A stretch of DNA of 64,000 nucleotides from Anthoceros angustus (GCA_010909165.1 MU008163.1:124001-188000); one strand, 5' to 3'. Positions 47,901 through 61,800 are shown, counted from the stretch's first letter. Notes: generated from the letters alone by a model not told the origin. A program made the numbers and translations.

Positions 47901-50900
47901 GACTAGTAACGTTTTCGAACAAGCATGTCGACTGGAATACAATGCCATCATTCATGTACACACAATCCCACAACTCCTTGCACCCTTCCTCCACACTTGC
48001 CATCTTCTTTTCCTTCAATTCTTGAAAGCGGGACTTGCAAGATTAAACCCTCGGTGGTACACTTGGTGTGCAGTACTCATCCAATGAAGCTCGCAAGGTT
48101 GACATTTCACCACCCTCTGTACACTGAAGACAACTTAATCGCAATGTTGTGTCCACTTCCTCCCCCACCTTGCCATTGGTAGCTGCAAACTTGCGACCAA
48201 GGACTGATGTATGGGCAAAGACTCCAAGTATCTGCTGGACTTTCACGACATGCTTGCATAAAAATGTTTGTTGTCCTTGTGGACAGATGCAAGTTGCCCA
48301 CATAGACATTGGATTGTCAATCACATAAGTTGCCTCTGAAGGATCTGATGTGGACAAACACTTAGCCATGCTATATGGCTCCGTTGGGAGGGACACCATG
48401 TCCTCTGAGATATTATTTACAACAGCGACTGCATATCTGTGCAACTGTTCCTGCTTGGTATTGACCACGTACCCTCCCTCCTTACAATGGTTTTGGTACC
48501 AAAAGTGAGTAGCCACCACGAAACATAATTGATGAAGCAACCAATCAACTCAGCGACCATGAATCCCCACTTTTGAGTAAGCTAACCTTTCCTTCAAGAA
48601 TCTATGCCACGCTTCAATGGAGGAAACCTTGATCTTGTTCGGCATGAGGTATTGTGCGGCGGCCTTCAAGAACATATCTGGAAGGAGAAAGGGCATGAGA
48701 ATAATTGTTGAAGTGTCTGTAACCACACTAGTACACGATCAAGCGACACACGGTGAAACCTTTGAATCTAGAAGTCATGGTAAGTTGGAAAAGCGTTTAC
48801 ATCGAAACCTTGTCAACTCATATCAAAAGCACAAAAAGCATACCATTACATTCATCTCGTTGAGAGCTACAAAATAGTATATAGTATGACAAGACTAATA
48901 AGGACTGGAGAAAGGAATAAGGCATGAAAGCCATGTTATATCAAATAATGCCATAGTAGGAAAAGCGTTTGAAGTCGATTATCTTGTGCAAACCTTTTGA
49001 ATTCAACAAAAGGCATCGTTAGAATTGTCTTAGCAAGACAAACAGTTTGGTGTATGACTTGTTAATCCAAACTCTGGAGGAAGTTGAGCTATGAAGACAA
49101 GCGCTTGAAGACACAATGATCCATGTGAAGCAAAAGGACATCAAGCAATTGCACAAACTTGGACTCTTAAAGTACATGACCGAACACACTCACCTAGTTG
49201 GCCTTCCCAAGTATGTTGCATGTACTCCATGAATTGTGTTCGGCTCCATTTGTTGTAAAATTCTAGAGAAGCTCCTTTCCTAAAGCCAGAGTCCTTATTT
49301 GTCCCCCTTGAACGCATACATCGGCCTAACTCAACCACATAGCTTGTTTGCGTACATTCTTAACCTTCTTCAACAATTTCTAGGCATGGCGAGCGTACAA
49401 GCACAAGAAGATCGGCACATCCGTGACCGGACTCCCTTAAAGCACCTATCTCTGCACAATCATCAACCAAGAATGCGGATGGCGCCAACTGAGTGATTGA
49501 AGAACTCTCACGTAAAAGTAAGCCATGGAACTAAAGCTCTTGTGGTCGCTTCGTGAGAGCCCATGCAACGGTATTCCATTCTCGATCGAACACCATGACA
49601 GTAAATAGCTGGTACTTATATTTGTTTACTCCAAAAGTGGAGTCCATAGCAAGTAAACTGTTGTGTCCATGCTGCACACAAATCTCCAACATGAAGGATG
49701 TTTGCAAGCCTAGGCAAAAAGGCTCTCCCTCCATAGACCTATGAAACACATACCCCGCATGTAATTGCATCCACATCCCTACACTAAGGTTATCGTCCTC
49801 ATGATTCCTCCACTCATTCTTCTCCACCTCCCTAATTATATTGTAGACATCATCCCGTGTGAGGAAGTCAACCCTTACCTTCACATAGGGGGCCTCATTG
49901 ATTGATAAACAGAGGGACAACATTTAGCTACTGAGAAAGTTGATGGCGTCGCAAAATCTCAAGACACGTGACAATGTAAACAATGTCTCACCCAAGCTTC
50001 TTCTCCGACAAATGTGGCTCTAATATCTCGAACTATGCATGTAAGATGGACCATGACAAACTAGACCCACGACATCAATATGTCTACTCTCATAGAGCAA
50101 AATCGAGCAACGGATGGCCACAAATGCCTTTTCACGTAAAACTAGCCACCCATGTTTGATGCTCTCTCCATCTACTCGCCTTTTGTTAGGGAGAGGAGGA
50201 TCTTTGAACAACAGCTTGCATGGTAGAATGGTAATCCTCGGCCACACCGTACTGATCAAGCGACACACGGTGAGAAACCTTTGAATCTAGAAGTCATGGT
50301 AAGTTGGAAAAAGCGTTTACATACGGAAACCTTGTCAACTCATATCAAAACTGCACAAAAAGCATACCATTCTGTTCATCTCGTTGAGAGCTACAAAATA
50401 GTATATAGTATGACAAGACTAATAAGGACTGGAGAAAGGAATAAGGCATGAAAGCCATGTTATATCAAATAATGCCATAGTAGGAAAACGTTTGAAGTCA
50501 GTATCTTGTGCAAACCTTTTCAGAATTCAACAAAAAAGGCATCGTTAGAATTGTCTTAGCAAGACAAACAGTTTGGTGTATGACTTGTTAATCCAAACTA
50601 CTGGAGGAAGTTCTGAGCTATGAAAGACAAGCGCTTGAAGACACAATGATCCATGTGAAGCAAAAAGGACATCAAGCAATTGCACAAACCAAAACCAAAC
50701 AAACCTGACTGCCAAGATCGATGAATCTGCCTTTGGTTGATTGGTTTGTGACAATTGGCTCGGACCCTTTGTCCATACTCTTGCAAAATTGGTTGGTGCT
50801 CCACTATAGCTATTCATTCCGCCAACGAAATCTTGCACACGTTCCCAAGGAATGTGTGCAACTCGGGCCTCCTTCACATGTCTAGGAGCTGAAGAATTCT

Positions 50901-51950
50901 TGTACAATAATTTGTACAATCTCGAAACAGTCCGGGCTGTGGCGCTTCAATGGAAAAGGGACAATCCCTTGGCAAGTCAACTTCCACCATCTCGCTTAAC
51001 CTCACGCTCATTTAGCGGCTAAAGCTTGCTGCTGAACTGCCGCCATCACTGATAATCCACACTCATTTGGCACATTGCGAGCTAACGAAATTAGGTTTCC
51101 ACCATTCTAGTTAGATTAGATTCAAAAGACAAAAATGCCGCTCAAACGAGCCCATGTCTAATGGAGCCGGTGGCCGGTGAATTGGTGGACCATATAGACG
51201 ATCTCTACGTCATGGATGTTAATGGCAATGTGAGAGACATGCACCATGAAGTATACACCTGTCGTGACCGGCCACGATTTCTGACCCGTGAGGGTTTAGA
51301 GACTCTTGGCAGCAGTTTACCATCACTGCTGGAGTATGCGATGAACGACATTCGGGATGCTTGGAGAGGAGGCGAGCGCCGCTCATCGCCTGAGCTCGCA
51401 ACTGGCGCTTTTTACATGAGTGGGGTGTGTCAGGACAAGTGAGTCTCGGGACGGTTTTAAGGTTTGTATTCTTTCACCGACACTACAAGGAGGGGCTACT
51501 TTTTACAAATGGGTCTAAGTTTAGTTAGAGGAAACTACAACACTCTTATTGTAAAGTGCGTTGTACCCACACCGAGACGTCTCAAACTTAGATGTTGTAA
51601 TTCCTTTTGCAATTGGGATGTTGTAAATGGTTTTGTAAAAAGCATTGTAAATAGGTGACATGGCAAGGGTTGCTGACTAGGCGCCACATGGCAATTGGCA
51701 CCACGTCATCACATGGTGATAATGCAAATGCATCATAAAGTTTTCATAGATATGGACCTTGCAACAAAAAAAATGATCAAGCTCCAACAAAAATGATAGG
51801 TACCACCTATGAACGCACATGAGATACCATCTAAATTAAACATCAGGTTTATAATTTCAATAAGGATGTTGTGTTTCCTATCGTTGTTAAACTTAGTGAA
51901 CCAATGGCTGTCCACTTATCCTCAACTCCATGATATCACTCAAAATTGAT
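44975..51950 (-). mobile_element. Decayed Mutator-like (MULE + SWIM) transposase element, internally duplicated (44975-46470 ~ 47668-49155; 46040-47678 ~ 50250-51949)
   Basis: N-terminal RVAHIPWERVQDFVGG, MULE core HGHNSLLAMDSTFGVNKYKYQLFTVMVFD and SWIM ATCICPQGQQTFLCKHVVKV, with many stops and frameshifts. TIRs were not identified. Confidence 0.85.
51161..51442 (+). CDS. Hypothetical 93-aa ORF divergent from the MULE transposase 5' end (degraded copy ~46925-47180)
   Basis: ATG-started ORF MEPVAGELVDHIDDLYVMDVNG...LETLGSSLPSLLEYAMNDIRDAW. No family recognised. Confidence 0.25.
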   Translation: MEPVAGELVDHIDDLYVMDVNGNVRDMHHEVYTCRDRPRFLTREGLETLGSSLPSLLEYAMNDIRDAWRGGERRSSPELATGAFYMSGVCQDK

Positions 51951-52236
51951 GACTATTCATTAACTTTGATTAAGTATGAAAGAGTGTTTCAGTTGTTGCT
52001 TAACACTTCACCTAATAACTCCTAACAGACACAACTATCATCTCTACGACCTAAGTATTATATAAAATACTTAATATTTATAATGAAATAAAAAATATAT
52101 TTTCAAGTGGACCAATCACATACTTTTAAAAAGTAAGCGTATGAAAGGGAATTCTCTATACATAGGACCCTACGAATCAGGGTTTCACACATGGCTTGTG
52201 AATTAGGCTTGTGAATTAGGTTTTGAGAACTACATG

Positions 52237-55200
52237 TTAACCCTCGAACAAGAAATTCGAGGCAACCCTATGCCTATCAAATTCGATCGTTGCAGTTTCC
52301 AGCTCTGCCTGTCGTGTAATGTTGAGGAATACTTCGTCAAGAGTAGTTAAGCCGAGCTGAATGTCCGTGACTCCTAGTTCTTGTTCGCGTTCATGCAGAC
52401 CTAAGAAGAACTCCTGCATCAAGGGCCAGTCCGTCAGTTTGCAGTGCTTATAATCTTAGCTTGTGATGACTTAAATGTGACAGACGAACCGCTAGTTTGG
52501 TTTCGAACTTGTGAGGAACGATGAACGAGATGTAGGATTTACTCTCCTCCGATGGAACCACACCCAATCCCTGCACGTTGTTCAGCACCATCATCAGAAC
52601 AGTTCCTTCTCATGTTCACATCAGAACCAGAGATCGTACTGTTCACGGTCATCAGCCAAGACACTCACATCCAAAAAGTACTTCCGAACGTTGATTCTCC
52701 TCCTCTCATCTTCCTCTGGACTGAGGGCTTCCCGACTTGCCTTCCGCACACTGACGTTCACCACATACCCGGAACCGAATCTTGACTTCAGGTGTATTGA
52801 GGTTCCAATGCACCTCAACCGTCCTTTTGCCATAATAGCAATCCTGTCACTAAGGATATCTGCTTCCTCCATCGAGTGAGTTGTCAAGACAATGGCACGA
52901 CCCTTTTTGGCAACTTCGATAATGTCCCACACATATCTTCTAGTGATGGGATCCATTCCTGTGGTCTGCAAGTTGGAGGCATGGCAAACAAACATGAAGA
53001 AGCCTTGACAGGCAAAGACAGCGCCTGGCAACCGGCTCAAGCACAAGACGGGTGGGGCTGCGTTACCGGTTCATCCAGGAAAACAATCTTCGGATCTCCA
53101 ATGAGTGCGATTGCAACACTAAGGCGTCGTTTCATGCCCCCACTAAAACTGCTCGATCTGACGTTGGCTACAGCCGATAGCTTTAATTGTGCTAACAACT
53201 CATCTGCAACCTGTTTCATCATACAAGAAAATGTCTCAGCCCACACCAGGTCGAAGACCACAACCCTTGACAAGCTCTAACCGAATTTGCCCAATCAATC
53301 AGTGAGTGCGTTCGTGAGTGGCATGTGGAAACAAAGCAACAGAACTCCACAATAATCGAAGAAAGCCCACTTGCCGATTTAATGTCCGAATGAGGAATTC
53401 CTTTAATATTCGCAAACAGATGCAAGTGCTCCTGGCCAGACAGTGACTCCCATAGAATGTCGAACTGTTGAAGCAAATCAAAGTCTCGTCACAATAATCT
53501 CCCCCAGTTTTCAGTAAAACTATGTTAAATAGCCCACCGGGGACATCATGTGGCAAGCGCTACCTGAGGACAAACGCCCATAAAGCTCCTTATTCGAGAA
53601 ATTCGAGCTGGATCCCGAATGGATTCACCGTAGATTAGACCTGAGGAGAGAACACTTTCATCACCGAGACTGGCATGGAACACAGATAACCTCTTCCCAA
53701 CGACAACAAGCCGCAACATGAACCCAATACGCACCATCTCCAGATGTAGTAGGGATAAGTCCTGTCAAACAGTTTATGGTCGTGGTCTTTCCAGCACCAT
53801 TCGGACCCAGCAGACAAAACAACCTATCTTTCTCGATATTGAACCATGTCCCCTATTGAGCCACAGATATGATGGGTAAGCACCCAGACGATCTGCATTT
53901 GCACGCACACATACTGAAATCCACTGATCATTCCTGTCATCGAATGGTAGCATCACGTTTTTCGCCACAGTAAATGGTAGCATGGCATTTACCTTCACTG
54001 CATGATATGCAGCAGTTCTCTTGCACTTGCAATGTCCTGATGTTGCAACTCCAGGGAAAGTCTTTGCCAGGCCCCGCGCTTGGACAGCAATATTTGGGTC
54101 ATCTGCTTGGGCAGGAGGCTGCTGCTGGACCAGCTCCTTTTCAGCTAGGACGTCCTCATCCTCAGGATGCTCAGAAGTCAGCACTGGAGGCAAGGAGCTA
54201 GTGCACGAGCAACATCCACCATCTGCATGCCTGCCACTTAGAGGTGGCACAATCGAGCTTCTACGACTGCTCCTTAATCTGATTTGAGCGGAGACTTGCA
54301 AGAAGGAATCCTCACGAACCTTCGCTGGCGTTTTTGGCTCTGCCTGTCCAATAAGATGGCCAAACGAAGTAGAAGAAGGACTTTCTGACACCGTTCACAT
54401 CCGGTAGTACATTGTCAAAGTATATAGCTAAAATGAACCAGACAAGGAACCATCCGAGAAGCCAGTCGTAGATAGCTCCCTGCATAAGATCAGCCATATG
54501 CATGTCAGCACGTAAACCATTTCAAATCGTGACTGAACGGAAAAGCGGATAAAAGAAGAGGTTTGATGACAGGACTCCGCACCATGGTTATTGCACAGCT
54601 TGTGTTTTGCTCGTAACAATCATTTCGGCGAGACCACCTAATACCTTTGTCTTGTTTGATTGCAGTAGCTTCCCCTAAGTGAGAGAGCCCTATGGCTAGT
54701 AGGTTTGGGGGAAATATTGACCAAACATTTTCGATGCTTTTTGGGGCAGAACCATATGGAAAGCCGAAAGCTGTCACAAGCTACAACACCACCAGTCACT
54801 TAGACGTCAGCTCTCGATGTGCAAAGGTTACTAATTTTGCATGATACATTCTTCTTGATTATAGAGATCTTGATCCTCCTGTCATACCTGTGTCACGAAC
54901 CCCACTATGAAGACAACGAAACCAGCAGTTGTGGCAGATGAAGCCTTACTGATGAGTGTTGAAATCATGAAAGAAAATCCCGTCTGCATATTAACTATAT
55001 TCAGTCACTTCAAAGCTTCATCGTAGCACAACCGAAAATCCCAAAAATGTAGGGAGTAAAGATTTCTGAAAGGTACTCAGACCAAACTTACCATATTCAC
55101 TTGGAACAGGAAAAAGAGGAAGAGCGACACTACGAAGTCGTTCTTGAGGAACAAATCAAACTGGAAAAACACGCCGAAAGAAACCAGAAGGAGCGAGGAA

Positions 55201-56439
55201 ACAATTGCCAAAATCACCTCCCATAATAACCACGTAAGCCAATAGGCAGAATCGATAAGGCCCATCAAAGACATTGCCTGCATTTGACGCCAAATTGAAC
55301 TCATCAATATCTGCTTCAGCTTGCCAGACAATTAAGCCCAAAGAAGAGGCAAAGTGCCAGTGCAATAACCTGGCGCAGCTTCAGCTCCCGCTCTGTGACA
55401 AGGTTGTTGATCTGTATCACAAATCCAAACATGGCTGCTGCTAGCAAGAACGTCGGACTTATTGTCCCTACCGTGGAAAAGGTGTCTATTGCTGGGTGGG
55501 CAAACTCTGTGAACCTCACGTCCCATCCCAAGTCGGGATCTGCAAATAAACAGCTGGAGTCAGAAATCAGCAGCACGAGCACCGAGCTCAACATTCAGGA
55601 ATTTTAAGAAAGCAAAGGACCAGCTACACACCATCGGCTATGAAACGAGCGATCTCTCTCTCAGCAGCAGCCTGCAGAGGCATCCGGAACTTGAAGAGTT
55701 GATCCTCAAAAATCCCCCCCTCCAGCTTAATTGTAGAGTTGGTTTGGATTCCATAAGCGATCACATCTGGTCCCCTGTCTTGGAAGTGCAAGGCTCCCGG
55801 ACATCGCATTGCGTTCCTCAGCAACCAGTAATCCACATCACTCGGCGCTGCAAACCCCATAACCTGCACGGAGATAAGCCGAGCTCAATACCACTGACAA
55901 AAACGAAACCATAACAAAAACGCACTTCATCCACGATCACTCCCAGACTGAAACAAACCATCACCACACTCCGAAAGAATCCATCACCAGCACCTCACAC
56001 TCAATTCAACACCCGTGCCGCAATCACAACCACGACGTACCTTACTCTCTGGAATCGGCCGACCAGGATTCCTCTCCCTGATATTCCTCACAATAGTCTG
56101 CACGCTGAGACTCCCATTACCGCTGTACAAGAAATCATAGCACGGCTTTCTAGCCTCACTCTTCATATAAAAACCAGATTCACAAGCCGGAATCGGAGTG
56201 ACAGCCTTGGCCTCCGGCTCGCTCACATTCTTGTGCTCCGTGGTGTTCCTAGTAGCAGCCTGGATTGCCCTGTCCACCGCGAAGATGAGGAAAACGAAGA
56301 AAAACGACGCTGCCAGCTGCAAGAAGGTGGCGCGCTTGTTGCGGAAGGACAGGATGGCATTTTTCTTCAACAAAGCCCCACATTGCTGCCAGAAGAGGTG
56401 CAGCCCCGTGGTCCTCCGGCCACTCCCCTGGCCGACCAT
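52237..56439 (-). CDS. ABCA: ABC transporter subfamily A (ABCA2/ATH1-like), multi-exon; C-terminus appears short
   Basis: [48 protein letters not shown], Walker [12 protein letters not shown], signature [15 protein letters not shown], Walker B IVFLDEP and [29 protein letters not shown]. Confidence 0.92.
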
Positions 56440-57843
56440 TTCAGCCCCAGACCCCCGACCTTCTCCCACCTTCTCCCAGAGCTGCTATTTCTGCTCCACC
56501 GGCCAGACAATCTCTCGGAGGACTTGGTTGGCCAATATCCTTGCTCCTTGTGGGTGTCCTTCCTCCCGCCTTTCAACCCAGCCGAGGTCATGGGCAGCAA
56601 GGCGGCAGGAAGGACACCCAATCTCTCCTTGTGGACGTCCTTCCTCCTGCCTTTCCACCCAGCCAAGTACATATCCACAGCGCACACGCCAGCGGTGGCG
56701 AGAATTCGCAGGCCCCGGTGCAGCCGGCCACCACGTGCGGGAAGGCAGTGGGTGCAGCTCGCCGAGGAAGGCATCCAGCTTGGCCATAGCATCGGGCCTT
56801 GCATCCATCTTGGCAACCCCATCGGGCCTTGCATCATCCTTTCAGCCCATCCCACAAAAATGGCAGCAGCGAATTCGAGATGAGGGGAGGATCTGGCAGG
56901 CATGCTTGTGGAGAGGCGGGGAGAAAGGGAGAGTCGAAAAGTACATATATCGACTGTAGAGCATCTATGTAGGTACGGAATATTGATCTAAATTGGTTAG
57001 GGGAAATTATTTGACGACTGTCCAACACTGTTGCTGCTTCTCCATTCCTGCTGCTGCGATTGCCTGGAATCCAGCCCCGTCTTGCACTTTGCCGCCCCTG
57101 CGATCGAGGCGCGAGAGTCTTTCTTGTTGTGTGTGCGCGTCTCAACAGGCGGCCTGGCAATGAGGTTCGCACGGGGCGCTGTGAAGGTTGCACAGCATAT
57201 CGGCAGGAATGTGACCTCATGGCAGCAGGGTCATGCCTGCAGCAGGGTCATGCCTGGAGCAGGTGCGGCGGCTTCAGAATCGTCCGTGCCCTTAGGGAGT
57301 CGGCTGCCTCCCCCAATCAGTCCTCCATACTCCTCGTTCCACCATCATCGGCCCGCCTTGTGTTAATCTGCAGCTCGCTCGCTTGCAAGCGGCTTCTCCT
57401 TGAGCTCGCGCTGTTCGTGAGGCCATGCCTTGCCTTGCTGTGCAGAAACGTTCCCTCTGTCGACCTGGCTGATGACTCCTCGGTCTGCCTTGGACGTCTG
57501 TCTTGAAGGCGAGCCTGCGGAACCTTGCAAGCGCTTGGCCCAGCGGGTCCGGTTTGTATCCAGCACTGCAGGGCATGCCGAGGATGTTCCCGCCTACTTG
57601 AGGCGGCTGTTAGCCCGAGATCCCGCTTGCATCAACGACCACGCCTGCACCGCAGGCCTGTGTGTGGCCTCCACGTCCGATGCTTCCGTCCTCCGAAGTG
57701 AACTCCGTTCCATGCCGTGTCCTGCCTGTTTCTCCGCGGAGAGTGGTGTGTTGTAGTTTGTAACAAATTCTTTTGATAGGGCTCGGCAGGTTTTCGTCCA
57801 TTGAGACCGAAAGCGTGTTCGAGAAGCACGCACTGCTGCTGAA

Positions 57844-58732
57844 ATGGATCGGGGCAAGGGGAAGGCCGAAGTCTCGAGCGATATTACTGACACGGTTTGC
57901 GAGTTTCTGGAGGTGGCTATCCATGCGTTGCTGCACATCCGGGGGCTCTACCCTCAAGGTAGGAGCATGATTTCGTGAGCCCTTAGTTTGGTGAAGGAAG
58001 GAAGGATGCAACGTTGCATCTGGTTTGCAGACGTATTCGAGAGACGGCGGTACCTGAATGTGCCTGTGCAATGGATCCGGCATCCCGAGCTACGGGAGTA
58101 CGTCAACTCCGCTGTCACAAGCTTACGCTCCTGGATTCAGCAGGTATGTGGAGTTCCAGGGCTAGGGTTCAGGGGTGGAGGAACTTCCTGTTGCTTTGCC
58201 TGATTTGGAGCTGACAATCCGGTGCAGGGCGTGGTGGAGAGGGTATCGGTGATGATGTATGATGGCAAGGGCTCGCTGTTGGAGAGGTTTATTTTCAAGC
58301 TTCGTGTGAATTCATCATACTTCATGGACGTCTCCTCCATGAACGACATTGAGTATGCCCTGCGGGCATTTTTCATCAAGATGTCCTCGTCGCAGCACTT
58401 GCTCCGGCCCTTGCCTGCAGGTCAGTCCCTGAGCTTTGCTGCATCATGGATGCCATATATCCTCTAAATCTGAGTAATGGCTGAAGCGCTCTACATGTGG
58501 CGCATGGACTGCATTCACAGATTGCACATGGGAGATTGTGGCCTTTGCTAGGCAGCTTCCTGGAGATAAGACAGCAGGTGGACAGTTTTGGATACCTCCT
58601 GATAGTGCACAATGGCATTCCCCCCCGTCGATAACGCCGATCAAATCCATGACTTGCGAGCCTCTGGATATGCAACTCTACGTGGAGTACCCACCAGACC
58701 AGACTGACGTCAGAATCTCAAGAGAGGGTTGA
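57844..58732 (+). CDS. REV7: DNA polymerase zeta accessory subunit REV7/MAD2L2 (HORMA), 4 exons
   Basis: Spliced product MDRGKGKAEVSSDITDTVCEFLEVAIHALLHIRGLYPQ|DVFERRRYLNVPVQWIRHPELREYV..|GVVERV..LERFIFKL..IEYALRAFFIKM..PLPA|DCTWEIVAF..TPIKSM..MQLYVEYP. Confidence 0.92.
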
Positions 58733-59101
58733 TAAATATGCCATTTGATAAAAGTGAAAACCAATCTAATTTACGCTCGAAAATATAATTCTCGTTGAGA
58801 TAGACGTAGGCTCGAAGGTCATACTTAGGGCCTGACTCCGAGGTGAAAGTGAAGATGATGAAAGCAAAATGAGGTGTGAGCCAGCTTGGCACGATCCGCC
58901 AACTGGGCAGATTGAGAGTCCGCCAATTGTCGCGAGCATTGCAGTCATGCAAGGCGCAACTCGCAGTGAGCATTGCCTGTTGTCGCGTGTGCGTCTGGGT
59001 CGGGCTCAGCCTTAAGAGCTCAAGGTGATTCCGTTCTTCCGAAGAGAATTCGAGGTGTTTGTGGCTTGAGAACGCGTGCTGCAGCTGCACATCGCACGAG
59101 C

Positions 59102-60668
59102 ATGATGGACCTCATCAACGCAGCGTTGGATTTGGTGGTGCCGCCTAGCGGCATCCTGTTCCTGCTCTTCACTTACCCTGTCATAGCCTTCTTCCAATTC
59201 TGGACGTTCGTCTTCCGTTTCTTCATCCATGAGAACGTGCACGGCAAGGTGGTGCTCATCACCGGGGCGTCGTCAGGGATCGGCGAGGTGAGCTAGCTGG
59301 CCATGGCTAGCTGCCTCTTGTTTGGCTTACAACTGGTTTGGTATGGATTTGAAGCCTGCGGCTGCTGAAATCTGGTTCCTGCCGTGGCCTGCTGCAGCAC
59401 ATCGCGTATGAGTATGCCAGGAAAGGAGCAAGGCTCTCACTGGTTGCAAGGAGGGAGGACTTGCTTAGAAGAGTGGCGGACATTTGCAGGCGTCTGGGAG
59501 CTGCGCATGTGCACCCTGTCGTGGCTGATGTGTCCAAGGAGGAGGATGTTCGGAAGTTTGTTGACGAGACTATCAACCAGTTCGGGCACTGTAGGTTGCT
59601 GTTGGAAGGCGCTGATTTTAAGAGCATGTCAAGATGATTCAAAATCGGTGCAGGTGTGAAGTTTACATCTTCTTGTTTCATGATTTGCAGTGGATCACCT
59701 TGTCTGCAATGCTGGTTTAGCAAACCTCTACTTCTTTGAGGAGGCCAGGGATCCATCGGCATTCTATCCTGTCATGGTAGGTTTCAGCTGATCGTACTGT
59801 GGTGGAGTTTCAAGCTCTGAGACGAGATGACAACTCGAGATCTCTTCAGCAGAGCCGAGTATTCGATTATGAAGGCAATTGTTGGAACTGTTGCCTTGTG
59901 CTGTCAGGATGTGACTTTCTGGGGCGCAGTCTTCTCAGCATACTATGCCCTGCCGCATTTGAAACGCAGCAAAGGCAGGATTGTTGTTATCGACTCTGTA
60001 GCATCTTGGTTGCCCTTCCCTCGCATGAGCATCTATAACGTACGATGTTTGAACATTCGGTTGTCTTTGTGCCTCATCAGCCACAACCTGCGGAGTCCCT
60101 TCTAAACAGGCTCTCTGTGTGTACTGGCAGGCTGCTAAAGCAGGTTTGCTCCAGTTTTTCGACACTCTGCGGGTGGAAGTTGGTAACAATGTCGGCATTA
60201 CTATCGTCCAGCCTGGTGCTACAGAAAGTGAGATGCTTAGAGGCAAGACGGTCACATCTGAGGGTCGTGTCGAAGAGGTTCCTGAAGAAGTTCGAGATGT
60301 AATTAGCTTCTCGTGTCGCCTCCTCTTCTTCTGAGCTCATGCCCTTATGTCACTCCAAGCATAATGATCTAACACCTGGGTGGTTGAACTTATTGCAGGC
60401 TCAGTTCGGCCCCTTGCCTGTTACCTACGCCGAGACCGTTGCCAAGGCCACGGTGCAGGGTGCTACTAGGGGATATCGATATGTCATCGTGCCATTCTGG
60501 TACTCCGTGTTTTTGCTCTACCGCGTATTCGTTCCTGAGTTTCTGTTGTCCTTCATCCGACTGGCCTTGACGAAGGTGGACGACAAGAGGTACCTCACCA
60601 GGTTTCTCCTGGAACAACCAGGAGTGAAACGGGCCGTGTATCCAGAATCCATCATCAAATCTGAGTAA
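59102..60668 (+). CDS. HSD: 11-beta-hydroxysteroid dehydrogenase-like SDR (steroleosin type), 6 exons
   Basis: N-terminal hydrophobic anchor MDLINAALDLVVPP..., GKVVLITGASSGIGE, DHLVCNAG, S-containing IDSVAS and catalytic Y-N|AAK (YxxxK across a splice junction); ends AVYPESIIKSE*. Confidence 0.93.
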
Positions 60669-61010
60669 AGCTCGAGCTGTTAGTGTTAGTGTAGAGGTAG
60701 CTAGTCCTCAACTTGGAGGATTCCATGATCTGTTTGTAGAGTGTGTACTCTTGGCACATGCTTGTGGAGTGGGTGTTCTGAATCTCGAAAGCGTACTTAG
60801 AAACATCATTTTTATAAGAGTTCGATTTCTCTCGGTTTGGCTCCTCTTCTAGTGCAGAGTAGCCTGAGCTTGTAGTCCAAAAACCTGTTACGCAAACATG
60901 TTGTGGGCCGATGGCACTTGCTTTGTGAACAAAAGTTTTTGTGTTCTAGAAGAGCAAAGACGCCTAACATAGAACTCTCACTCACAAATTATGAAAATAC
61001 ATAACATATG

Positions 61011-61057
61011 CACAACACCACAAAAACACACCACACTAGTGTTTTTGTGGTGTTGTG
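61011..61057. repeat. Perfect 19-bp inverted repeat with 9-nt loop
   Basis: cacaacaccacaaaaacac [accacacta] gtgtttttgtggtgttgtg. Confidence 0.85.
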
Positions 61058-61800
61058 TTTTCTCCAGTATTCTACATGAAGATGCCGAGGCATCTTAAGA
61101 TTCCTTCATCACATAACGACGGGTCGTAGGCGCCAGAAACTTCTCGCAACTTGCCCCCTGGTGTTCCGATGGCCATGAAGGATGATGGGAGCCGGCGCCT
61201 CCCAGTCCATAGTCCTTCTTGCATGTCCTTATTGAATGAGGGGTGCTGGGAGGCGTTGTGGACGGTTTGGGATTGGGCTGCTAGAGTCGGGAGTCAGCCG
61301 CAGTCAACAGCAGTCTTACATCTACCAGCCTCACTATCGTAGATGTAGGTAGACACGCATGAGGATCTGGGGTCGGTAGCTGGCGGCAAAGCCAATTTAA
61401 GGGATGTAATAAAGGCACTGCCTTGGGAGAGTATAAGAGGGAGTTTGTCGTCCCCGTAATGTGATTTTCTTTTGGGGTTGATACCACGTTGTGCATACAG
61501 GCTCCTATGAGCCAAGTGCTAGAGCGAGGCCCGAGTCACCGAGTGGGCAGACTACTTCAGAGAGGACTATCCAGGTTCTGGTGACGAACCCCCTAACGTG
61601 TGGAGGTGATTGCAGGTGTGGAGGAGTCACGACCCTTGCTCTTCAAGAGCGGGACGTAGACTACCAGCGGATAGGAGCATACGCAAGTAGCCAGTCACCA
61701 GAGAGGGCGTATAAAGCGTGGACTGGTCGGACCGGCGGAAGTGAACGTGGAGGTGCTGCAGCCCGGCCCTTGCCAGAATGCACGACGCCAAACCAGGCAC

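Noticed and set aside
56198-56959. Several 178-253 aa overlapping ORFs upstream of ABCA
   Set aside because: This is a GC-rich leader with short internal repeats. The ORFs are out of frame with ABCA and have no domain signal.
57000-57780. Possible separate gene or transit-peptide exon upstream of REV7
   Set aside because: No consistent spliced frame or recognisable motif could be built.
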